The position numbers were made by a program, and so were the translations under genes. Positions 10,588-20,486 of a stretch of 64,000 bases of DNA are shown here, in pieces. Source of the DNA: a virus (lineage: Duplodnaviria > Caudoviricetes); the IMG/VR virus record IMGVR_UViG_3300048852_000007, positions 11,893 to 75,892 of that record, one strand, 5' to 3'. The notes beneath the pieces were generated by a model that did not search any database, was not told where the DNA came from, and worked only from the letters and a program-made list of their open reading frames with translations. Positions within the stretch are counted from its first letter, which is position 1. Every line of letters starts with the position of its first letter.

Positions 10588-12888
10588 TCAGCGCCTAGGA
10601 GAAGACCCTTCGATCACGCTTTCGTAGTTACCCAGCAGTCGGTCAATCTGAGCCTGCAAAGCAGCCCGTTGCTCTTGCCGACGGGCATCCTGCTCACGCC
10701 ACCGGGCGTAACCCTCTGGATCTGCTTGACGCTGCCTCAGGCTTGGAGGACGAGGGGCCTCTCTTTGCAGGGCACTCAAGGCACTGCGGGCTTCGTCGAT
10801 CTGCTGTCCGATCTGTTCAGCCGCCGGAGGAACAGCAGGTGCAGCAGCGGAGGCCAGTGCAGCTGCCGCAGGTGTGCCAGTCCTGGTAGCAGTGGGAGTA
10901 GGAGCAGGCGTTCCAGTATCTAGAGCAGCCGGCGGCAGAGTAGTCTCACCAGGCTGAGCTACCGCTGTGGCTGCGGCATTGGCAGGCGCACTCCGACGAG
11001 GTTGCAGCGTAGCATCCTTCTGCTGCCGACCCAGGGCAGCTTCAAGACTGGCCTGAGCCAGACCAAGCTGAGCCCGATACCGGGGGATCAGGTTCGTCAT
11101 CCCTCGACGGGTTACCTCTGCCAGGTTGGCAGCTGCGGTCGTGTGAGCTTGCCTGGCAGATTCCAAAGCCGCAGCCTGAGCCTCCATAGTCTGGGCCTGC
11201 TCAGTGGCGTCGAAGGTGGTGCCCTGCTGCATGAGGGCAGCATCCCGACGCACTGCCTCGGTATTGGGAACCACAGAATAGCCGCCCAGGATCGTCGGCA
11301 GATTGCGACGAATGAACCCTGCACCTTGCGGGTTGTTCTCCAGAAGCAAACCAGCACGAGCGGCATTGATCCCCGTGTTGGATCGGCCATCCGGACCTGG
11401 AGCCGTCATGACATCCTGGAGATCATTAATCAGCCGCTCAATCGGAAGATTCTGATACACCGGGTTCTGCTTCAGCTTGGCAGCCACCTCACTGATGGTG
11501 GAGTTGTCCTGTCCCGCCGCAGCATAACGAGCCGTAATACCGTCTGCCCGTTCCTGCGTAAGACGCTCACCAATCTGACCGACGGCTTGGTTGGTTCGAG
11601 CACCAGCACTGGCAACCTGGGTTCGCAGAGCCGTCAAGCTCTCAGGCGTAGCACCAACTTCACGCTGGGCAATCAGGGGGCGGATCTCCTCCCAGCTCAT
11701 ATTGGCATAGCCGCCAACACCTCGATCCGGCAGAGCAGCCCAGGTCTGCGAGAGATTGCCGTTACGCCGCTCCTCGAAGATAGCCTTAGCAATTCTGTCC
11801 TGGTTCTCAGGCGAGAGGGGTTGGTTCCGCCAGTCCGAGCCAAGGACACGAGGGGCGAAGTCCGAGAGCGTGGCATGGTTGATCTGGAAAGCACCCACCG
11901 GACTGGCACCCACTCGTGGCAGCAGCTGGGTCCGCTGGAAATCCACCACGTCGCCAATGTTCATGGTCGAAACCGGAGCCGGCGTCGCCGTGAAGCCATA
12001 GGCCACATCGAAGGGGCTGCCAGCACGAGTACCAGCCGTACCAGGTGCCGAGGAGCCAGGGGCAGCAGTACGGGCACCGCGGTTCGCTGCGGTCGCTATA
12101 GCGCCAGAAGCCGGGGTTCCAGTGGTAGGTGCGGTTGCAGCCGTGGCTGGGGGGCTGAAGGCTCCTGCCCAACGACGGCCGATCTCTGCATCCACCAAGG
12201 AACGGGCACCCGGCGACAAGGCTCGATACTCAGGGGTAGCCCGGAGGTTATAGGCATCCTCCACCAGCAGAGCTTCGTCCCCGAATCGCCCGATGAACCC
12301 AAGCGCAGTTTGGGTATCAGCGTCATTCCGGCGCTCATTGCCGAAGGTGAACCGCCCACGCTCCAGACTCAGAGTATCAGAATCAACACCGATCCGGCTT
12401 CGCTGGTTCTGGATCGTCTGCCCCTCATTGCCGAGCGCCATCTGGGTTAGACGAAGGGGGTTAGCTTCTCGATTGAAATCAATGTCCTGCTGAGAACGGG
12501 TGTTATTCTGCTCCATTCCTGTGAGCCGCAGAGGGTTAGCACGCTGGTCGAAGCTCAGCCGCTCCCGTGCCGTGGCCTGATCCAGGAGAACTGAACTACG
12601 GTTGTCGAGCGCTTGTAGGGTTCGAGGCGTAACCAAGGTGGGATCCAACCCCGCCATGACATCACCCCGAGCCAGGGCAGCCTGGTACTCGGCAGGGTCA
12701 GAGAACCTCTGGGCATTGCGCAGGGCAGCGTTGTCGGCTTGCTCCTGGCGGTAGGTCTGGAACTTGCCCAGGCCATCGCTCAGACCAGAGAAGGCCCGAT
12801 CCAAGGAGTTGGCAGCGACGTTCAGGCCGGCAAGCGATCCCCGGAAATCCGGGGTATCGACATTCCGCCACGTCAGGGGAGGAGCCAT
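10588..12888 (-). CDS. Virion/ejection protein, N4 gp51-like
   Basis: 766 aa, Ala/Gln rich, N-terminal LTWRNV motif, position next to vRNAP as in N4. Confidence 0.7.
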   Translation of the reverse strand: MAPPLTWRNVDTPDFRGSLAGLNVAANSLDRAFSGLSDGLGKFQTYRQEQADNAALRNAQRFSDPAEYQAALARGDVMAGLDPTLVTPRTLQALDNRSSVLLDQATARERLSFDQRANPLRLTGMEQNNTRSQQDIDFNREANPLRLTQMALGNEGQTIQNQRSRIGVDSDTLSLERGRFTFGNERRNDADTQTALGFIGRFGDEALLVEDAYNLRATPEYRALSPGARSLVDAEIGRRWAGAFSPPATAATAPTTGTPASGAIATAANRGARTAAPGSSAPGTAGTRAGSPFDVAYGFTATPAPVSTMNIGDVVDFQRTQLLPRVGASPVGAFQINHATLSDFAPRVLGSDWRNQPLSPENQDRIAKAIFEERRNGNLSQTWAALPDRGVGGYANMSWEEIRPLIAQREVGATPESLTALRTQVASAGARTNQAVGQIGERLTQERADGITARYAAAGQDNSTISEVAAKLKQNPVYQNLPIERLINDLQDVMTAPGPDGRSNTGINAARAGLLLENNPQGAGFIRRNLPTILGGYSVVPNTEAVRRDAALMQQGTTFDATEQAQTMEAQAAALESARQAHTTAAANLAEVTRRGMTNLIPRYRAQLGLAQASLEAALGRQQKDATLQPRRSAPANAAATAVAQPGETTLPPAALDTGTPAPTPTATRTGTPAAAALASAAAPAVPPAAEQIGQQIDEARSALSALQREAPRPPSLRQRQADPEGYARWREQDARRQEQRAALQAQIDRLLGNYESVIEGSSPRR

Positions 12889-12902
12889 GATCCTGTATCC
12901 TC

Positions 12903-13355
12903 TCAGCGAGTCAGCTGATTGCGAGCGATGTAGTCTCGCTCCTCGGCTTCGCTCATACCGTTGACCTTGGCCCTGGCACCAATCCGATCCGTGAGAGCCG
13001 TGTTGTAGCTCTTGATCTGGTTCGTCAGGTTGGTGTCAGCGATCCTGCGGGTGAGGCCCAGCTGCTCTCGGGCCAGGTTATTGGCCTGGAAGGCATTCCA
13101 GATATTCCCGATAGCACCGAGGCCAGCCATACCGAGCTGTGCCGTACCAAGGTTCCAGCCAAAGCCTGAACCAGGGGCACCAGCACCATTGGGTCCAGGC
13201 ATCCCACCCCAACTGATGTCCTGCCGACCGCTGGGATCCATCAGCGCATTGATGGGCTGAGCCCCAAAATCCATGATGCTGTTGGGTCGCTGGGTCACCA
13301 TGCTGGGACTGGAGCCAAAGAAGTTGGGGAACTCGAAAGCCATCACACTCTCCAT
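12903..13355 (-). CDS. Virion protein, N4 gp52-like
   Basis: 150 aa ending NQIKSYNTALTDRIGAR; synteny; TGATG coupling to the upstream gene. Confidence 0.75.
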   Translation of the reverse strand: MESVMAFEFPNFFGSSPSMVTQRPNSIMDFGAQPINALMDPSGRQDISWGGMPGPNGAGAPGSGFGWNLGTAQLGMAGLGAIGNIWNAFQANNLAREQLGLTRRIADTNLTNQIKSYNTALTDRIGARAKVNGMSEAEERDYIARNQLTR

Positions 13356-15874
13356 CAGGTCGGGAGTTCGGTGCTGAGAGTGATCTCAGCGAAGTTGGTC
13401 ACCATACTCAGAGACATCTCAGCCACCTCACTCCCCGTCATCAGGGTCCGGCTGAAGAAGCTATCGGGTGGCTCGAAGATGTTCGTCTGGGACGAGTCCG
13501 TCAGAGCCAAGGGATTCAGTATCTGAAAGCCTGACCCCAGAACCTCATCATACTTGGCGGCTATGGCTTCAGATTGGGCAGTATAATCGGCCAACACGGC
13601 CTGTGTCTTGCCCATGACATCTTGAGCTTCGGCTTTCATATAGTCCGCATAACCATTACCGGCTGCCACGGTCAGCTTGAGGATGTTCTCTGCCCGAGTG
13701 AGCTGGGAGAAGGAGGAAGAAAGATTCCCCGAACCAAGAGAAGCTCCCACTTGAAGTGCCACGACCGAGGCAATGACGGCAACGATGGCTCCAACCTTCT
13801 CCCCGAAGATCGCTGTGGAGCCTGCTGAGATAATGGTGGTGAGAACCATCGCTGCCACGGCATTAGCGATAGCCCCAGCAATGATGGCAGCGACTCCTGT
13901 GTAACCTAGAGCTGCTCCAACTGCTGCATTGGCACCTAGAAGTCCAACAGAGCCAGCACCTGCACCACCAGTGACCACGGTGACGACGATGATCGCCACG
14001 ATCAGCAGCACCTTGAACCAACCAGACTGGTACCACTTCTCTTTAACGATCTGGTAGCAGTTGAAGACGATGAAGCAGCACGCCGTACTCATCTGAGTGG
14101 CGTCCACAAGGTTCATCCTTCGGAAGATTTCCTCGTGGAGTGGGATCAGAAATCCAGACTCTTCTGGATCAACCAGGGCTTCAGCTCCGGAGATTACCAC
14201 AGACCTGCCGCCATAGATGGTATTGCGGTGGCGTAGTCCACGGATGTCCAGAGTTCTCCAGGAGTCTTCGGTCACCTGCCAGTGGAGGAGAATGCTGTCG
14301 ATGTCCTCTCCCGCCATGGAGATGAATCCACCCTCTCCAGTGAAGATGTCATAGATCGGAGACTCGACTTCCCCTACCTCGAACCAGAGTTCCCCCACCT
14401 TGGCATCAGGCTTCTTCAGACCGGAACCTACTGATTCCTCAATCGAGGACCAGGTGATCGCCATGTCGTAGTTGATGATGGGATTGCTGCTGCTGGCCAC
14501 CCGAACGGTGTGCCGAGGCTGCTTGGGGTAATAGGGTCCGATTGGCTCCGGTGTCCCGAAGAGCGGGTTCCCCGGATCATACTGGGCATCGAACCAGGTC
14601 TGCCATTCGATGGCTCGCGCTTCTGCCGTCTCATAGGCTTCCCGCCAGGCCCGGAGGCTTTCACCCGTGAGATCCTGACCCTGCATGATCTCCTGGAAGA
14701 ACTCATAGACATAGCGCCGGCAAGCATTCTCCTTGACGTTCAGGGAGACACCGAAGGTCACATAGGCATAGTCGATGTCCCCGACAGACGGGTTCTCCTC
14801 CACCTTCCCCCGCAGATCATCGAAGCTGCTGCCCAGGGCTTTCTTGAGCGCCTTCTTCACCGAGGGGTAGAAGGCACTGTGGCTGCTCTCCGGGGTGATG
14901 AAGGTGTTGTCCAACCGCACGGGTATGAAGGGGAAATAATCCCCCGCACTCTCACTGGCCTGGAACAGCGCATCCAGATCGGCATTGCCGGTGCCCTGCT
15001 GGTAGATCAGCACCTGAAGGTTGGACCACGCCTTCACCACAATGTCCTGGGTGTCCACCCGGTAGCTCTTCTCGGTGACGGTGCTGGTGGCATCCTCCGT
15101 GGTCGTCCACTGGAACATCACCTCCCGCACGGCATGGGTGCTGGCGGAACCAGTGGTTCCCCCGAGGTAGACATCCCGCTCCCAGATTTCCTGGAGCCTG
15201 GTGAAGCCAGGTGCAGGCACGGTGTTGGAGGTGCCCGTCAGCACCCACCCCGAGGTGCTGGGGAAGGGATCACTTGGATCCAGCTCAACCTCCGACCCAG
15301 TGACCGGAGGCGTTTCTTGGTTGGTGTCCACCAGATTGTAGGTGGCATAGAGGTACAACCCCACTGGATCGAAATCCGTCGGGGTGAAGCTCTCGATCGA
15401 GGTGTCTGCCAAAGTGACGGAGATCGTGTTGGTGTCTTCGTCGAAATCCGAGATGTAGTCGGTGTTGAGCTCGCTGGGATGGAAGGTCGCCATATAGCGA
15501 TCGACCCAGAAGGTGTAATCCGGCACCCCGATCTCGGCCGTCTGAACCAGCACCTCTTGGCCTGGGTCATGAGGGATCAGCGCAGCCAGGGCATTGTTGT
15601 CCACCGTCTGGCTCAGGATCAGTGAGCCAGAAGGGATCCCCATATAGCTGGTGTAGCCGCTCGACCTGCCCCAACGCGGATAGGCCCGTAGCTTGATACC
15701 AGGGCCATTCAGATAACTACGCCGAAGAGTCTCTGAGAGAGTCTCTCCGGTGGGAGTCAAGATCCCACCGATCAGCGTCGTCTTGAGATAATCGGGACGA
15801 TCATTCTCATCCCCGGCCAGGTTGTAGACGACCGAGGAGACACTCACAGACTTCTTGGTGCTGAAGACTCCCAC
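13355..15874 (-). CDS. N4 gp53-like virion protein with hydrophobic C-terminal segments
   Basis: 839 aa; SVSSVVYNLAGD N-terminus, KWYQSGWFKVLLIVAII followed by Gly/Ala hydrophobic stretches; synteny. Confidence 0.75.
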   Translation of the reverse strand: MGVFSTKKSVSVSSVVYNLAGDENDRPDYLKTTLIGGILTPTGETLSETLRRSYLNGPGIKLRAYPRWGRSSGYTSYMGIPSGSLILSQTVDNNALAALIPHDPGQEVLVQTAEIGVPDYTFWVDRYMATFHPSELNTDYISDFDEDTNTISVTLADTSIESFTPTDFDPVGLYLYATYNLVDTNQETPPVTGSEVELDPSDPFPSTSGWVLTGTSNTVPAPGFTRLQEIWERDVYLGGTTGSASTHAVREVMFQWTTTEDATSTVTEKSYRVDTQDIVVKAWSNLQVLIYQQGTGNADLDALFQASESAGDYFPFIPVRLDNTFITPESSHSAFYPSVKKALKKALGSSFDDLRGKVEENPSVGDIDYAYVTFGVSLNVKENACRRYVYEFFQEIMQGQDLTGESLRAWREAYETAEARAIEWQTWFDAQYDPGNPLFGTPEPIGPYYPKQPRHTVRVASSSNPIINYDMAITWSSIEESVGSGLKKPDAKVGELWFEVGEVESPIYDIFTGEGGFISMAGEDIDSILLHWQVTEDSWRTLDIRGLRHRNTIYGGRSVVISGAEALVDPEESGFLIPLHEEIFRRMNLVDATQMSTACCFIVFNCYQIVKEKWYQSGWFKVLLIVAIIVVTVVTGGAGAGSVGLLGANAAVGAALGYTGVAAIIAGAIANAVAAMVLTTIISAGSTAIFGEKVGAIVAVIASVVALQVGASLGSGNLSSSFSQLTRAENILKLTVAAGNGYADYMKAEAQDVMGKTQAVLADYTAQSEAIAAKYDEVLGSGFQILNPLALTDSSQTNIFEPPDSFFSRTLMTGSEVAEMSLSMVTNFAEITLSTELPT

Positions 15875-15876
15875 GA

Positions 15877-16842
15877 TCAGAGTCCGAGATCGGTCTTCAG
15901 ACGGGTCAGCACGGTATCCAGACTGGCGTTGGTGAAGCCATCCGGGGGTTCGACACCCTCATCAATGGTCTTCTGAGTGAGCCAAGCATCGCTGAAGATC
16001 TTGCCGATCTTCACCCGGCCATCCTTCTGATAGCTATCAATCTGCTGGGTGTAGAGATCCTTCTGCTTGCCCATCACACCCCGCACAGCTTGACCATCAA
16101 TGCGGATGTCCAGCGTCTGAGCATGTTGCGCCTCAGCCTGCTCCTTCATCAACTGAACCTGAGCCGGCAGGACCGTGGAGATCTGGTACTCAGCAGCCTC
16201 TCGCTGCGCTTGAGCCGTTTGCAGTTGCTCAGGAAGCATCTGATTGAGGTTGAACGATGCGGTTTCCCGCTGGATCGTGGCCAGGGTCAGCTGCTCGGGC
16301 AGCACATTATCCAGGGTGAACTTCAGCGTGCAGTATTGGACGCTCTCGGTGGAGAGCTTCAGCTTCGCATTGGCATACTCGGCTTTGGAGAGCAGCGCAT
16401 CGAACTGGGATTTCGCCAGCTCAACCCTGGTGGTCTCAAGCTGTACCCGTCCGGTGACCGCAGCCACCTGCGCTTTTTGTGCCTCCCAGAACGCCTGCCC
16501 ACGGTTCAGGACAAACTGGACCGAGCTGGCCATGGCAGCCTGGGTCAGCTCGATATACGCCTTGGTGTACTCGGCGCCTGTGATGCGACCCTTCTCGTAC
16601 TCGACGGCAAGGTGAGCATTCACCGTCGCCATCAGAACATCGAAGGTGCCGGACCCACCGACGACCTTCGTCGTCAGATCCTCGTTCGATGGGTGAACGA
16701 CGACCTTGTACATATCGTCGTCCAGGCCAGCGGGGACCTTGAAGAGCGCATTATCAAGATCGACGGTCGGGATCGTGAAGTTCAGCCCGGCAGTCAGAGA
16801 TGTGAGCAGGGTATCAGCTTCGGTTTCGGCGCCACAACTCAT
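15877..16842 (-). CDS. Virion protein, N4 gp54-like
   Basis: 321 aa; GSGTFDVLM, GRITGAEY and GVMGKQKDLY motifs; synteny. Confidence 0.75.
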   Translation of the reverse strand: MSCGAETEADTLLTSLTAGLNFTIPTVDLDNALFKVPAGLDDDMYKVVVHPSNEDLTTKVVGGSGTFDVLMATVNAHLAVEYEKGRITGAEYTKAYIELTQAAMASSVQFVLNRGQAFWEAQKAQVAAVTGRVQLETTRVELAKSQFDALLSKAEYANAKLKLSTESVQYCTLKFTLDNVLPEQLTLATIQRETASFNLNQMLPEQLQTAQAQREAAEYQISTVLPAQVQLMKEQAEAQHAQTLDIRIDGQAVRGVMGKQKDLYTQQIDSYQKDGRVKIGKIFSDAWLTQKTIDEGVEPPDGFTNASLDTVLTRLKTDLGL

Positions 16843-16866
16843 CGGGCTGGTCCTTCTAGCGAATTG

Positions 16867-16903
16867 AAAAGGCCCACCGGCTCAACAAGGAACCTGGTGG
16901 GCC
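16867..16903 (-). terminator. Possible terminator hairpin
   Basis: GGCCCACC/GGTGGGCC 8-bp stem, large loop, short T run on the minus strand. Confidence 0.45.
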
Positions 16904-16929
16904 ATATGGTCTTTGGAACTGTCTACGGG

Positions 16930-17535
16930 TCAGTCCCCAACGCTGCCTGCCGCAGCCTGGGCATTGGCCAGACGGGCAAGCTCTTCCTTGGAGAGCTGCG
17001 GCATCACCTCCAGGGCAAACTCCTTGGCCCAGGTCTGCTCCACATGCTCCCGGCCATTGCGCTTGGAGGTGCGGATGTTCAGGAACTTGCGGTTATCAAG
17101 GTACCGATAGAGGCAGTAGGGGACATGGTAGCCGCTGTCCGTCACCTCGCCATACGGGACAAACTTCCGAACCGTACCAAGATACTCATTGGCCACGGTG
17201 ATGATCTCACCAGGGAGATCCTTCTTCTTTGGATCCAGATTGGTGATCCGCAACCGGACCAGCTTCATCTGCTTCTCCACCAGCATCTGGCGAAGACTGC
17301 GCTTCTTAGCCGGAGGCTGGGTCTCCCCTGCCAGGGGGTTCGCCTGCACAGGCTGCTCAGAGTTGGACTCGTCTTCGCCTTCCATCCGGGCCTGGACGCG
17401 TTCCCGAAGCTTGGCAAGGCTGATGTTGTTGGAAAACTCGATACCCATCATCCGAGCGCGCTGCTTCAGCAGGGCAAGCTCATCACCCTGGAGATTGGCA
17501 GACTGGTCTTCGGTCTGGGTCAGAACGTCGCTCAT
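16930..17535 (-). CDS. N4 gp55-like virion protein
   Basis: 201 aa; LVRLRITNLDPKK and TVANEYLGTVRKFVP motifs; downstream of the capsid gene. Confidence 0.75.
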   Translation of the reverse strand: MSDVLTQTEDQSANLQGDELALLKQRARMMGIEFSNNISLAKLRERVQARMEGEDESNSEQPVQANPLAGETQPPAKKRSLRQMLVEKQMKLVRLRITNLDPKKKDLPGEIITVANEYLGTVRKFVPYGEVTDSGYHVPYCLYRYLDNRKFLNIRTSKRNGREHVEQTWAKEFALEVMPQLSKEELARLANAQAAAGSVGD

Positions 17536-17557
17536 GTTGGTTCCATATGCCTTGAGG

Positions 17558-17583
17558 AAAGAAGGGGAGGCCGAAGCCTCCCC
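17558..17583 (-). terminator. Intrinsic terminator after major capsid gene
   Basis: GGGGAGGC-TTCG-GCCTCCCC then TTCTTT on the minus strand. Confidence 0.85.
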
Positions 17584-17590
17584 CGTTAGA

Positions 17591-18820
17591 TCAGACCGGG
17601 GCGACGGTCTTCACGACGGCAATGCGCTCAGGACGCTTGATCAGGATGCCGTAGTACCACTTGATCGAGCTGAAGCCGGTCTCACCGTAGGGATCATTGC
17701 GATCCGCGGTTTCCTTGCCCGGCATCTTGGTCATGACGTTGAACTTCACCGACTTGCCATCCGTCTGGAAGCCAATCGTGGTCCAGGAGTCGTCACCCAG
17801 CACCAGCATCGGGAAGACATCGTACTTCTCGGTGCCGCCAACCGTGGTCGAACGGTAGCCGGGGTTGTCATCTACCGCAGCGCCAGCACCGGCCCAGCTC
17901 AGCATCTCCGGCACCTGCACGATGCGAAAAGCGTCGATGGTCCCGATCTCACCATTCAGCACCGTGCCAGCGTCAGCGTAGTGCTGCACCGCGATGAACG
18001 CCTTGTTGCCGAAGAGATCAGTCAGGCCCTTCAGCAGCGGCACCAGCTCGGAACCAACGAACATCACCCGAGCCGCCGGGATGGTCTTGGTGTCCACCAG
18101 GCGAGAGCCGGTGATCACCGTGGTCTGACGCGGCGTGCGGTTGTCGGTCAGAATCTGATCCAGACGCATCAGGTTCCGATAGGTGACGATGGAGGCCGGG
18201 ATCTCCGGAACTTCACCAGCAGCCGGGGTAACCTCACCCGTGATCTCGTCAACGTCGGTAGCCGCACCGGCATAGAGCACCACACCCGCAGCGGCCAGCA
18301 GATCACGCTGGAGCACCGCTTCGGTCAGCTGCACCGCACCCGTCATCAGCTCACGGGAGAGGTGGTTCATCAGATCAGCGTCGGAGTCGAAATCCATCGC
18401 CTCCTTGGTGAACTCGGTGAAGAAGCCAAACTTGTGGATCGAGCCTTCACGCTCCAGACGGGTAAAGCCCACCCGGTTCACCCGACCACCATTCTCAGTC
18501 AGCGTCGGCAGCTTCGAGGTGATGGTGCCGATGTCCTTGGACGACCCATAGAGGTTGCCGTTGGCAATCGTCACACCCGAGGCGTCGATGCCCTGGTCGT
18601 TGACGTTGCGATCATCCAGAAGCGGGACGTACTCATAGACCTTGATGGTCTTGCCGAAATTTTTCGGCATGTTCGTCACCGAAGCCAGCGGCGAGAAATA
18701 CTGCTCCTTGCGGGCAGTGATGATCGCGTTCTTCAGCCAGAAGAAAGTGTGCATCTGGTCGGAGCTGGCGCTGTCGATGGAGCTCTTGGAGCCATCGGCA
18801 GGAGCATTGTAGTTCAACAT
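17591..18820 (-). CDS. Major capsid protein (N4 gp56-like)
   Basis: 409 aa; [41 protein letters not shown] and [16 protein letters not shown] motifs typical of N4-like capsids. Confidence 0.93.
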   Translation of the reverse strand: MLNYNAPADGSKSSIDSASSDQMHTFFWLKNAIITARKEQYFSPLASVTNMPKNFGKTIKVYEYVPLLDDRNVNDQGIDASGVTIANGNLYGSSKDIGTITSKLPTLTENGGRVNRVGFTRLEREGSIHKFGFFTEFTKEAMDFDSDADLMNHLSRELMTGAVQLTEAVLQRDLLAAAGVVLYAGAATDVDEITGEVTPAAGEVPEIPASIVTYRNLMRLDQILTDNRTPRQTTVITGSRLVDTKTIPAARVMFVGSELVPLLKGLTDLFGNKAFIAVQHYADAGTVLNGEIGTIDAFRIVQVPEMLSWAGAGAAVDDNPGYRSTTVGGTEKYDVFPMLVLGDDSWTTIGFQTDGKSVKFNVMTKMPGKETADRNDPYGETGFSSIKWYYGILIKRPERIAVVKTVAPV

Positions 18821-18853
18821 TGTCCTAACTTTCCTTGAAGGGTCTCAACGGGA

Positions 18854-20047
18854 TCAGACCCGACCATTCATCTGCTTCAGGAAATCATCATCACTCATGG
18901 CGAGCGGGTTGATGACGGCCTTGGCAGTCTTGGGCGTGGTCCGAGTGGGGGAAGCCGCAATTGCCTTGTCGCTGTTCGAGACAGTCGGCTTGGGAGCCGC
19001 TACCCGAGTGGCGACAACAGTTGGCTGCGGTGCGGGAGGAGTGGATTTATCCACCAGATCGGCAAAGGCATTCGCCTCGACCAACTGGTCTCCTACGGTC
19101 TTGTAAGCCTGTAGGAAGGGAGTTTCCGGAGAGATCCGCCCCAGAGTTTTCTGCCGATCAATCTCAGCGGCGATGCGGTCATAGATGCCCACTTCTCGCT
19201 GCTGGTGGATGATCTGCATGACCTCGGGGGAGCCCCACAGCACATCCTTGCTGGCTTGATCCCAGTCGGTGTTGATGACCTTCAGCGTCTCCGTCCCGGT
19301 CGGGTTGGACTTCAGATCGTCCAGTGCCGTGCGGAACTTCGCTTCCTCATCAGTGACCCGGTGATTGCCTTCGCGGTAGGCTGGCTCAACAGAAGTGTCG
19401 ATCTCCATAGGGTCGATGCCGGAGTCCTTGATCAGCTTCTTGATCGCCTCAGGATTCTTGTTCTGAAGGTCGATCAGGAACGAGAGCTTGCTCTCGTCCA
19501 GAAGCTGGTTGTTCTCCAGCATCAGGAGCACCTTCCGATGCGGGACAAGCGCCTGCATCTTCGCGGTGTAGTTCGCCCCCATCTGCATCAGCTGGATCGC
19601 TTCCGCAGGGGACTTCAGCTCGATCTGCTTACCGTTCGCTTTGAACGGGGCCATGATCTGCTTGTAGAAGCCTTCGTAGTCCGGCGCCTCAGTGGGCTTG
19701 GCTTCCTGGGTCTCACCCTGAGGCGGCTTAACCTGGTCACCGGGAGCCGCAGTCTTAGGCTCCTCGGTCTTAGGTTCGGTCGTCTCGGGGGTGGTGGAAC
19801 CAGGAAGATCAGCCTTAGGCTCGTCCTCATTCGGCTGGGTCGTCGTATCCTCGGCAGAGGTCTCTGCCTCAGTGGTCGCTGCTACCGTCCCCTCAGCGGT
19901 GGAGTCTTCCCCATCACCTTCGACGGTAGCAGGCGTCTCTGTTGCCTGAATGTTCCCTTCAGTGGAAGCAGCTGCCCCCTCAGGGGCAGCCTCCGGAGCA
20001 TTCTGCTTCAGGAAATCCTCATCGGACATGCCGAGGAAGTCGGACAT
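18854..20047 (-). CDS. N4 gp57-like protein (scaffold-like; often annotated tape measure)
   Basis: 397 aa with acidic disordered N-terminus, PFKANGK and LMQMGANYT motifs, MSDEDFL repeated at both ends; directly upstream of capsid. Confidence 0.75.
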   Translation of the reverse strand: MSDFLGMSDEDFLKQNAPEAAPEGAAASTEGNIQATETPATVEGDGEDSTAEGTVAATTEAETSAEDTTTQPNEDEPKADLPGSTTPETTEPKTEEPKTAAPGDQVKPPQGETQEAKPTEAPDYEGFYKQIMAPFKANGKQIELKSPAEAIQLMQMGANYTAKMQALVPHRKVLLMLENNQLLDESKLSFLIDLQNKNPEAIKKLIKDSGIDPMEIDTSVEPAYREGNHRVTDEEAKFRTALDDLKSNPTGTETLKVINTDWDQASKDVLWGSPEVMQIIHQQREVGIYDRIAAEIDRQKTLGRISPETPFLQAYKTVGDQLVEANAFADLVDKSTPPAPQPTVVATRVAAPKPTVSNSDKAIAASPTRTTPKTAKAVINPLAMSDDDFLKQMNGRV

Positions 20048-20394
20048 TACCGAGCATCCTCTTCAGCACGGGCTTCTACGATGGCCTGATCCAGCTCAGG
20101 CATCCGGTTATCGGCGTACAGCCCCATCTGGCTGGTGACATGCAGAAACCGCAGCAGGTGACCAGAAGCCTGAGCCAGAGCCATGGCATCAGCTCGCTCT
20201 TCAGCCTTCAGCGCCGGATCGGCGGAAGCCTGGGCATAGCGAGCACACTCATCACGGCAGAAGGCTTCGAGGATCACCTTACGAAACTCATGATTCGCTT
20301 CCAGCTTGCGGGCCATTGCGGCAAGCTCGATCTGCGCCTTGTACTTGTCCTTCAGGTTCTCAAGCTCGACAGACTGGGAAATGACTTCAGACAT
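20047..20394 (-). CDS. N4 gp58-like protein
   Basis: 115 aa, FRKVILEAFCRDECAR motif, between portal and gp57. Confidence 0.7.
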   Translation of the reverse strand: MSEVISQSVELENLKDKYKAQIELAAMARKLEANHEFRKVILEAFCRDECARYAQASADPALKAEERADAMALAQASGHLLRFLHVTSQMGLYADNRMPELDQAIVEARAEEDAR

Positions 20395-20486
20395 TGCTGA
20401 TTGGTCCTTGGTAGGCGAGAGGGTTGCTTCTACTTATCTCTACTAAAGTAGAGACTCTTCTACTCAGTAGGTAGAAGAGCACTACC

